NCBI GenBank assembly: GCA_051453625.1
Contig: JBOZIK010000001.1
Location: forward strand, 19,394,383-19,429,770
DNA length: 35,388 nucleotides
Origin: Welwitschia mirabilis
Taxonomy: Eukaryota
Direction of reading: 5' to 3'
This document shows positions 11,048 through 20,816 of this stretch, in pieces. Numbering within the stretch: position 1 is the stretch's first letter; the number at the start of each line of letters is the position of its first letter. The position numbers were made by a program, and so were the translations under genes. The notes beneath the pieces were generated by a model. It worked only from the letters and a program-made list of their open reading frames with translations. It searched no databases and had not been told where the DNA came from.

Positions 11048-12286
11048 TGCAGTGCATATTGTTGCAATCCTTTTGCATTAATGAATCCTGATAATATATA
11101 TATATATATATATAATAAAATACATAGTTTAGTATGAATGGAAGTGACCCAAATATTATAACCTATTAAAGACTTATGAGAGGAAAATGAGAATTGATTT
11201 TTAGAAAAATATCGTATCCAAACTTAGGAACAATGCAAGAAATCAAAGATGGAATATAATGAAAATGAAATCTAACCTAAATAAACACCTATCCGAAAAC
11301 CAAATTGATGTGTCAAGAAGATTGACCCTATATAACCTAAATCAACCAAGGATATTGTCACTAACCAAGACTAACTTAAGCTATTAAGTGAGTCAAATAA
11401 ATGCAATGCAAAATAAATTTAAAACTAATTTCTTAAGCCTTAATAAAGGTCATCATTAAGACGTATATCATTAATGAAACTATCACCAGATCAAGGACAA
11501 CATAAACCATAAGGAAAATATAACAAAATTGAATGTACATATTAAAAAGAGTCTTATATTAAAAGAGAATCAACATCTGGGTTACAAAATAGCCAAGCCT
11601 CAATGAAGGATGAAAATCCCTTCACTAAGGGAATGTCTTTCTATAACTCATAAGATGGATCTCCAACCCTTCGATCTCCTATCACTAGACTGTCTGGTGC
11701 AACTTAAGATGGATAGGAGAGTGTAAGAGGGGTTATATGTATAGGGCTAAGAAGTGAAAACATCACACAAAAGGCACTACAAAACACACTTAATTATAAG
11801 AAATAAATGGATGAAATGGATATAGTTGGCTAGCGATTACAAGTTTCATCTTGTCTGTCATGAAGACGACCAAGGGGACAATGGCTCAAACATTACATTT
11901 GTCATCCTGCATGTTGTGGGAATAACCACAAGGATGATGCTCCTTTAGAAAATATGACTCATCAGTACCAACTTCAGTTCACGTCAACATTCCCATGTGG
12001 CATCTATAGTGTTATTATCTTGTTTGTCGTAGAAAAGAAAGGAGGGATGATAGTCTTCTTTGTCCTTTCAACTCAAGAGAAGCTAGTCCTTTTCACTAGT
12101 GATCTTGCTTGAGGTACCATATATCAAAATATGCTTCAAATACCTCTAATCATGCTAAGAATTACATATTTCTGAGATCTTTCATCAATTCTCTAAAATC
12201 CTCAGAATTGCATCTAAACCTGTATAAATGTCTTGTAAAATAGCTCATAATACTCCATCAAATACATACAATTTGGCAGCACATCA
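11048..12286 (-). repeat. Athila-like 5' LTR (~1.24 kb)
   Basis: TG...CA termini with a partial inverted match (TGCAGTGC / TGATGTGC). The minus-strand start TGATGTGCTGCCAAATTGTATGTATTTGATGGAGTATT aligns with the LTR starting at 23297. Contains a (TA)n tract at ~11094-11114. Confidence 0.75.
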
Positions 12287-12351
12287 ATCATCTTAAAGTT
12301 AATTATATTTAATTTGATTCCCATTTTCTAAGAAAAAATAAAATTAGTTAT

Positions 12352-12916
12352 NNNNNNNNNNNNNNNNNNNNNNNNNNNNNNNNNNNNNNNNNNNNNNNNN
12401 NNNNNNNNNNNNNNNNNNNNNNNNNNNNNNNNNNNNNNNNNNNNNNNNNNNNNNNNNNNNNNNNNNNNNNNNNNNNNNNNNNNNNNNNNNNNNNNNNNNN
12501 NNNNNNNNNNNNNNNNNNNNNNNNNNNNNNNNNNNNNNNNNNNNNNNNNNNNNNNNNNNNNNNNNNNNNNNNNNNNNNNNNNNNNNNNNNNNNNNNNNNN
12601 NNNNNNNNNNNNNNNNNNNNNNNNNNNNNNNNNNNNNNNNNNNNNNNNNNNNNNNNNNNNNNNNNNNNNNNNNNNNNNNNNNNNNNNNNNNNNNNNNNNN
12701 NNNNNNNNNNNNNNNNNNNNNNNNNNNNNNNNNNNNNNNNNNNNNNNNNNNNNNNNNNNNNNNNNNNNNNNNNNNNNNNNNNNNNNNNNNNNNNNNNNNN
12801 NNNNNNNNNNNNNNNNNNNNNNNNNNNNNNNNNNNNNNNNNNNNNNNNNNNNNNNNNNNNNNNNNNNNNNNNNNNNNNNNNNNNNNNNNNNNNNNNNNNN
12901 NNNNNNNNNNNNNNNN
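12352..12916. other. Assembly gap (N run)
   Basis: Run of N. Confidence 1.
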
Positions 12917-13533
12917 TAATCCTAGTTACTAAATAATTATATCTATAAAAAAATCATAATGATTAATTAACCATAAAGTTGATTATACTCATGATAATCT
13001 TAATCTCTAAATAATCATTAAGTTAATTAAATTCATGTTAACTCTAATTCTTAAGCAATATTAAATAGATAATTAGTACTTAATAAAGTCCTTAAGAACT
13101 TTGTTATCTTATGGATAAGAATAATGATCTTACTCATGAAACCCATAATCTCATATGATAGCTTATAGAGCTTGATCATTTTAAAAAAAACATAAATGAA
13201 TAATCATAAGTATATATACCTTAATATATATTAATATATATATATATAATAATAATAATAAATTAAACCTTTATCTAGTTTATACTAACTACATGATTAG
13301 TTATATAATTCTCCTCATGCTTTCTAATTATAAATCCTATAGATAACTTATGATTCTAGTAGAATAAATCCCTTTATCAGTGAAGGAAAATGGATTAATT
13401 TGATCATTTAGTTTAAATTAATTACCTAATTATTATAACGTAATCTTTATTAAGAATATATGAATTTCAACTTTTTAATCTCATATTTATTCTCTTATCA
13501 ATTAAATCTAATAATAATTTTCACTCCTTCCAG

Positions 13534-14560
13534 ATGGATTATCGTCGTCAACTAAGTCTTGGGTCTAATCCAATTATACCAACTAGTTAACATCAAGATA
13601 ACTCAAGGATTAATCAACAACATAATGATGGAAATCAACCTCTTATTACTCTTAATTCAGAGGCATTAATAAGTGCATTCATGCAATTTCTATCATAAAT
13701 AGTAAATTAAGTTTAAAATTCACAAATGAATAATGGTACCAATCAACCTAATAAGGATGTGAATATGAAAAAGTTAATTTAAACATTTATTAAGTTAAAT
13801 CCACCAAAGTTTATAGGAGGTTCAGATCCATCAAAAGCAGAAGCATGGCTAAGTGATNNNNNNNNNNNNNNNNNNNNNNNNNNNNNNNNNNNNNNNNNNN
13901 NNNNNNNNNNNNNNNNNNNNNNNNNNNNNNNNNNNNNNNNNNNNNNNNNNNNNNNNNNNNNNNNNNNNNNNNNNNNNNNNNNNNNNNNNNNNNNNNNNNN
14001 NNNNNNNNNNNNNNNNNNNNNNNNNNNNNNNNNNNNNNNNNNNNNNNNNNNNNNNNNNNNNNNNNNNNNNNNNNNNNNNNNNNNNNNNNNNNNNNNNNNN
14101 NNNNNNNNNNNNNNNNNNNNNNNNNNNNNNNNNNNNNNNNNNNNNNNNNNNNNNNNNNNNNNNNNNNNNNNNNNNNNNNNNNNNNNNNNNNNNNNTTCTT
14201 TAGTTGTTGCTAAAGTATCTATATTCCGACCTAAAACTTTAGAAGAGGCTGTAAAGAAAGCAAAAATAGTAAATTAAAATTGGTAAAGATATAAGACTTG
14301 GAATGTCAATAGGGGTAATGTTTTTAATAATAAAAGCGGAAATAGAAATTTCAGCTAAAACAAGCATGCACCATTCAAGAGGAATTAGAATGTTTCCAGT
14401 TAGAGTCATATGAGCAATTAACTACAAAGATCCAATTTTAAGCATAATCCTAGCCAAAGTCATTATCAGGATTAGTCTAATAATGGTATTCAATGCTTCA
14501 ATTGTAAAGGAAACCACAGGGTTAAAGAATGTCCATTACTTACTTTGAGCCAACCTAGAC
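13534..14560 (+). pseudogene. gag: Tekay-like gag relic (with internal gap) including the CCHC zinc knuckle
   Basis: The ATG at 13534 (after ttcactccttccag) is in frame with TFIKLNPPKFIGGSDPSKAEAWLSD (13783-13857); the intervening stops are all TAA. Knuckle QCFNCKGNHRVKECP lies at 14491-14535. Confidence 0.85.
13858..14195. other. Assembly gap (N run) inside gag
   Basis: Run of N. Confidence 1.
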
Positions 14561-14629
14561 AACAATTAGAAAATCCTCAAATATCACACACCATTCAACA
14601 AATAATTGGACTACTTCAAGCAATAATGA

Positions 14630-17600
14630 ATAATAAAGGGGTGCAATTTCAAAGCTCAATCATAGAAGGTAAAGATTTACTTAATAATAAAAAAATAATT
14701 ATTTTATTTGATTATGAAGTAACTCATTTTTTTATATCCTCTAGAGTTGTTCTAAGTGAAAATTTATGTTGTACTCCAATTGAAGGATGCATAGAGCTTA
14801 TAAATGGGTCCATAACCAAGGTTAATCTTTAGGTTCAAAATTGTACTTTATCTATAAGTGGGGGACATTTTTAGATTTAACCAATTGTTATTAATCTCAG
14901 AAAATATGACGTTTTAGGTATGAATTGGTTGATGTAGAATAAAGTTGTTATAAATTATAAGAAGTGTCAACTATAGATAACAAATTATGGATAAAGGATA
15001 ACTTTTCTAGGCCAATCTAAATTAGATGTGAATAACTTGATTAAAGCTAATCATATAAGAAGAAAAATTAAGAAGTAATTATTAGTTTGTATGCTTTGTC
15101 TAAAATTAGCTAATATAAAGGAAGGAGAAACTTTAGTTAAAAATATATCAATAATCCAAGATTATCTTGATGTATTTTCAACACAACTACTAAAAATGCC
15201 ATCTATTCAAGAAGTTGGGTTTGCTATTGATTTGATTCCAGGAACTCAACCTATTTCCAAGGCACCTTGTAGAATGTCTCTTATAGAAATAAAATAATTA
15301 AAAATTCAACTTAAAGAACTTCTAAAAAAATGATTTATTCATCTTAGTGAATCACCATGTGGTGCATCAGTGTTTTTTATAAAGAAAAAGATGGAATACT
15401 TAGGTTGTGCATTGATTATAGATGGTTAAATAAAGTTATAATTTAAAACAAGTATCCATTGCCAAGAATAGATGACCTCTTTAACCAAGTCAAGAAAGCT
15501 AAGGTATTTTCCAAAGTTGATTTAAAATCTAAATAGTATTAAGTTTAAACCAAGGAATAAAATATTAATAAAACAACATTCAGAACTTACTATAAGCATT
15601 ATGAGTTTACTTTCATGCCTTTTGATTTAACTAATGCCCCTGCAGTATTCATGAGCCTTATGAATTACATCTTCCAGACATATCTTGTCTCCTTTATCAT
15701 TGTGTTTATTGATAAAATTCTCATTTATTTCAAGTCTTATGAGAAACATAAGAAACACTTGAGAATAGTCTTAAACACTTTGAGAAATTATCGACTATAT
15801 GCTAACATAAAAAAATGTTCTTTCTGGAAGGAATTCATTTAATTCTTAGGTTATGTAATATCTAAGGAAGGTATTTCAATTAATTTAGATAAAGTTAAAT
15901 TAATTATGGAATGGCCAAAACCTAAAACTATTACTGAAGTTAGAAGCTTTATTAATCTTAATGGGTATTATCATTGATTCATCTTTAGCTTCTCTAGGAT
16001 AGCTTCTTCCCTAACAAGTCTCTTAAGGAAAAATAAGTATTTTCAGTGGACAAAAAAATGTTAATAATTCTTTGATTATCTTAAAGAATGTTTAACTTAT
16101 GCTCTAGTGTTAATAATACCAGATGATTCTAAGATCTTTTTAATTTACATTGATGCATCAAAAGAAGGTCTTGAAGGTGTTCTTGAATAAGATAAAAGAG
16201 TAATATCTATAGATCAAGAAAACTTAAGACACATAAGAGAAATTATCCTATTCATGATCTTGAATTGAATGTAGTAATGTTTGATTTAAAATTATGAAAT
16301 CATTATCTCTATGGTGTTAAATTTTAAGTTTAGACTAATCATAAGAGCTTAAAATACATTATTACCCAACTAAACTTGAATTTTAAGCAAAGAAAATGAA
16401 TGGAATTTTTGTGCACCTTTGATCTTGAATTTTTATACCATAAGAACAAAGGAAATAAAGTTATAGATGCTCTTAGTAGACATGGCTATCTTAAAATAAT
16501 TATGAAAATTCAAAGTCAGATACCTACCATTATTACAAAGGGTCAAAATAAAGATGGAAATTGCAAAAATTAAAAGATTAGTTAGAAAAATCAACAAACT
16601 CAAAAGACTTTAGTATGGATTTAAAAGTTTTTATTAAATTTAAGGGAAGATTCTTAGTTCTTAATGTAGATGGAATTAGATAAAAGCTAATGTTTTAATC
16701 CTCTAATATCAGATCATCCTGGAGGAATAAAAATGTACCAAAACATGAAGTAAAAAATTTGGTGATCAGGGATGAATAAGGATATAGCAGAATTTGTATC
16801 AAAGTGTATAAATTATTAACAAGTTAAGGAAAAAACATAGAATCTAGTAGGACTACTTTATGCTCATAATGTTCCAAAATATCAATGGGATATAATTTTT
16901 ATGGATTTTATATTAGAGCTTATAAGAGCCTTAAGAGGTAATTATTTAATCATGGTTATAATTAATAGGGTAACTAATTCAGCATATTTCATTCCTGTAA
17001 AGTCTACTTATAGTGCTAAGGATATAACTAAAGTGTATATTCAAAAAGTTATTCATTTACATGGTGTATCTTTAGTGATTATTTTTGACAAAGATTAAAA
17101 ATTTACCTCTAAATTTTGGTAAGAAATAAAATTAAGTTTAGGAACTAAGCTAAATGTAAGCACATCATTTCATCCTCAAATAGATGGTCAAGCAAAAAGA
17201 ATCAATCAAATCCTAGAGAATCTTCTTAGAGCATATCTACTATTAGTGGAAGTTACATGTAATAATAGTTGTCAAAGTTCTATTTAAATGGCTTCATTTG
17301 AAGCTTTATATAGTAGGAAATGTAGAGCATTGATGATAAGACCAAAAATATTACAAGAAATGGAAAATAAAATGAGAACCATCAAGAATAAATTAAATAA
17401 AGTAGTAGATATGTAAAAGATGTATGTTAATCATCGAAGAAGAGATCTTGAATTCCAAGGATTTAAGAAATCAAAATTAGCCCCCAGATTTATTAGACCA
17501 TTTTAGATATTGAAACATGTTGGACCTATTACATACGAACTTGCTCTACCTCCCTAATTGTTACACAAGCATAATATTTTCATGTGAATATGCTAAGAAA

Positions 17601-17654
17601 ATATATTGTAGATCCTTTTCATGTGTTGAATTGATCTCATATTTAGATGGAATC
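14630..17654 (+). pseudogene. pol: Tekay-like pol relic: aspartic protease, reverse transcriptase, RNase H, integrase (many stops, frameshifts and small deletions)
   Basis: ILFDYEVTHFFIS (protease); FAIDLIPGTQPISKAPCRMS, LCIDYR, NKYPLPRIDDLF, MPFDLTNAPAVFMSLMN, IVFIDKILIY (RT); IYIDASKEGL (RNase H); HPGGIKMY, MDFILEL, HLHGVSLVIIFDKD, FHPQIDGQ (integrase). Confidence 0.95.
17650..17654. repeat. Left target-site duplication of the Sirevirus (GAATC; right copy GAACC at 25800-25804)
   Basis: The 5-bp flanks of the two LTR outer ends differ by one C/T transition, and the host coding sequence continues across the insertion. Confidence 0.75.
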
Positions 17655-18946
17655 CAAAGGATCTAGAACCATAGAGGGGAAGAGGATGAATTGGATTTAA
17701 ACAATAAATAACTCACAAGCAATCTCTATAAGTAATGAATGCTAAAATATTTTTGCAAATGAAAAATTAAATATAATCTAAAAATAAAATACTAAAAGCA
17801 CAAAATATCAATGGAGATTGACACATGATTTATAGTGGCTAAGGAAACCTCCTACTCCATTCTCGGTGATCATCTTTTAACTCAAGCTTGATCTAGATAT
17901 TCATTAATTACTTTCTAGGTATTCCAGATTCACTTGTAACCTTTTATAATTAGACTTTTCTGAGGATAAGTTTCAATCTTTAGAGAAAATACTATTTGGT
18001 GATAATGACATGCTATAATGCATAGGTTCCACCAAATCTGAAGCATAATAATGATATTGTTACACTGCTTAAGATGATAGTATAATCCACAAATGTACAG
18101 TACTAATTGATTAACCAAGTACAAATGATAACAAAAGATATTTATTCCTCTTTGGTCAGATAGAAGATCTGCTAATGAGTAATCCAAAAACTCATCAAAA
18201 AGATATTCAATAGTGGTATAATGATTTTGCCAGCTGACAAATATATATAAGAAATATTTTAGAGTTTTACAAGTAAAATAGATTCTTTAGCAGATAAAAA
18301 CGGGAGGTCAAATGGCTAGTAAAATTCCATTTTCATCATAGTCAATTGACCCCTTAAAATGTCTAGTCGATTTCATCAAGTATCGTTATTGAAGTCACTC
18401 ATCCCTATCTTTTTCTAATTAAATAAGCTTCTTACAGCTCCATGTCCAGTCAATCCCTTAAGGATCAAATCAAATGCATGTCCAGTTGACCACATTTTGG
18501 TCCAGTTGACTCCATATCCAGAAAAATGCAAAACAAACATTTATGGCCTAGGTCTGGTCAATCCCTTATGTATCCAATTAGCCCATTGATTCGAAAGGAT
18601 GAAATTATATTTGATTTAAGTCAAGTTAATCCCTCAGGAAACTGATTAACAACTTGATGATCAGATGTGATAAATTTGATGCTCAAGTTTGATTGACTTC
18701 TTAGGAATCCAGTTGATTCCTCGGTGATCTATATTTGACATTTCATAATATAGGTTTGATCAACCCTTTAGGAATCTGGTCAACTCCTTTGATGGTATGA
18801 AACTTCTTAGGTTTAGATAAGATTTGTGATAAAAATAATTTAGCTTCTAACCTATAAGGATTAATATTTTCTACAAAGAATACAATAGGTTTTGCTAAAA
18901 CAAGAAATGTTAGTTTGACATCAACTTAGCAAATTATAACTTAACA
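17655..18946 (-). repeat. Sirevirus 3' LTR
   Basis: Collinear with 24531-25799 (about 18 mismatches in a ~130-bp sample counted by eye). Minus strand starts TGTTAAGTTATAATTT directly after the PPT and has a C-rich motif near its end. Confidence 0.92.
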
Positions 18947-18973
18947 ATATCCCCCTTTGACATTGATGGCAAC
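18947..18973 (-). promoter_or_regulatory. Terminal polypurine tract of the Sirevirus
   Basis: Minus strand TTGCCATCAATGTCAAAGGGGGATAT|TGTT matches the Sirevirus AAAGGGGGAGATTGTT junction. Confidence 0.85.
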
Positions 18974-19398
18974 TATACTTAGTTAAAAATATTAATTGAA
19001 AAAACTTCCCATCATATTATGTCCATTATATTTACAAAAGAGTATTAAGCATGTATATCGAATTAAACATTTACAAAAGATTTCTAATAAGAACAATAAA
19101 TATAAACAACTTGTAGTATAGTTTATGAGGCATGTAATATTCATTGATATACATGATAAAATTATAGTTTAAGAGATATTTAATATTAATTAATAGATGT
19201 AACAAAAATCATGGTTTATGGTACATGAAATATGCCTTAAATAGACAAGTCAAAAGGTACTAAAACATTTCTATTACTTAATATTTAAGCAGTACAATAA
19301 AAAAATGCTCATAAGAGCAATTATAAGTGAGATAAACTAATAAGTACTACTAAGAAACATTGATACCAAATGATAAAAACTGAAAATATAACTAACTA

Positions 19399-19420
19399 TT
19401 TCTCTCCCTTTTAACATTAG
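19399..19420 (-). promoter_or_regulatory. Upstream (additional) PPT, part of the Sirevirus multi-PPT signature
   Basis: Minus strand CTAATGTTAAAAGGGAGAGAAA lies just downstream of the env-like ORF and resembles the terminal PPT. Confidence 0.6.
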
Positions 19421-19489
19421 AGAAAACTAAAGAAACAAGCATAACTAAAAAATAATAAAGAAGACAAGAATTCAATCAGATTCTTTTTC

Positions 19490-20547
19490 TTATTCCTCTT
19501 TTTCTTTTTCTACCTTTTGCACTGAGCTACTGAATTTCTCAAAAGTATCCTTTTCCTTATATCCTGCTGCGATCAGAGCCTCTTTCATATCCCTTATACG
19601 AGAATCCAAGCTTTTAATGTACGAAAGAATCTCTTTAGGAGAGGATTGCTTAAGAGAAGAATAATCAAAAGATTTCTTAGATACAGCAAAAATATGCATG
19701 TGAGATAAAGTTGCAAGCCTACTTATTAATATAGAAGTTAAAGTTTCTAATTTTGAGTGCAACTAAGCTATAAAATGACAACAAATATTACTCCAACTGA
19801 GAGATCATGTTTTTAAGCATAATGGCAGAAGCATTAATAGCATGCACAGTTTCCATTAAATACAACAAATAAGCTCTATAATTAGAGGTCTCATTACAAT
19901 GATCCACTAAATATAAGAAATTATAAGTAAAAACCAAATGCAAAAACCACTATTTTTGGGTAAGTTAGGAGGTGGATAAAGTGGTTGTTCACAAATGTAA
20001 TACCACAGAGCTCCCTAATGACCTCTATACTATCATCTATGGAATTACATAGGGGTTAAAACTCCTCAAAATTTTCTTTATAGAGATTTATAAGGGAAGT
20101 AATAAGATCTATAGTAACCCTGATCTTCTTATGCAAAATAAGAATTATTAGGATAGAAGAGTCAACATTAAAAGAGGAATTAAAATAAAAAATTCTAGTG
20201 AGGAAAACGTAGGCTAGCCCTGAGACATCAAGAAAGTAGGACAGATTAAGCTCATTCAAAATCCTTATCACATCTCTGAGTTCCCTTGGCTCTCTAGAAG
20301 TAATAGGCCTCGTCCAGCAAATAGGCTTTTTCTTAAACTTATCTAGGAACCTGTTTAAGGCTTCATCTGATATTCTAGGGTAAAAATACCCTAGATCTTT
20401 ACTTGTTGGCCCTTTTTGATGCATCTTAAGGGATCCTATACCATTGAAAACATGTGGTACTTCTTGAAGATAAGAAAACTTGAGATAAACAACTAGATCT
20501 GAAGGAGACAGGTGGACAGGTATGAATGAAAAGGGTTAGGGCTCCAT
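19490..20547 (-). pseudogene. Sirevirus env-like / ORF3 relic
   Basis: Located between pol and the PPTs. The ATG at 20547 is in frame (one TAA) with track ORF 20056-20424 (..FLDKFKKKPICWTRPI..LSYFLDVSGLAYVFLTRIFYFN..IRVTIDLI..). ORF 19490-19762 gives a charged, coiled-coil-like C-terminus. Confidence 0.7.
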
Positions 20548-20816
20548 AAGATTTTATTAAAGAGGGAAATTAAGTGAGATTTAAGAAAAATATCAGGTCC
20601 ACCACCTTAAATTCCACACTATAACCTTACCGGTCCAGTCAACTAGGTTATAATTTAGTAAACCTAACGAGACTTAGGTTACAACACTTCAAGTCTAGTC
20701 AACCAAGTCTTCAGACTAGTTAATCTAACTAGATTCATGTTCATTTAGAAAAACAAGGTAACTGAATTAAAATATGATTGACCGACTAGATCTAGTCAAT
20801 TGAATGTAAGATCTAG

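Larger units (their letters stand above)
7242..12286 (-). mobile_element. Athila-like (Ty3/gypsy non-chromovirus) LTR element lacking recognisable RT/RNase H/integrase; 3' part interrupted by the CACTA end
   Basis: 5' LTR at 11048-12286, degenerate tRNA-Asp-type PBS, short leader, then a decayed ORF and ~1.3 kb of non-coding sequence up to the CACTA TIR. No 3' LTR is seen. Confidence 0.6.

Noticed and set aside
11775..11786. CACTACAAAACA as a CACTA end (also CACTACAA at ~1963)
   Set aside because: Short chance matches with no subterminal array; the first lies inside an LTR.
17930..18187. ORFs within the Sirevirus LTRs (17930-18187 and 25018-25245)
   Set aside because: The frames are not conserved between the two LTR copies.
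19360..19373. TTGATACCAAATGA, identical to the PBS/LTR junction at 24520-24533
   Set aside because: No LTR homology follows. A short match like this in AT-rich DNA is probably chance.
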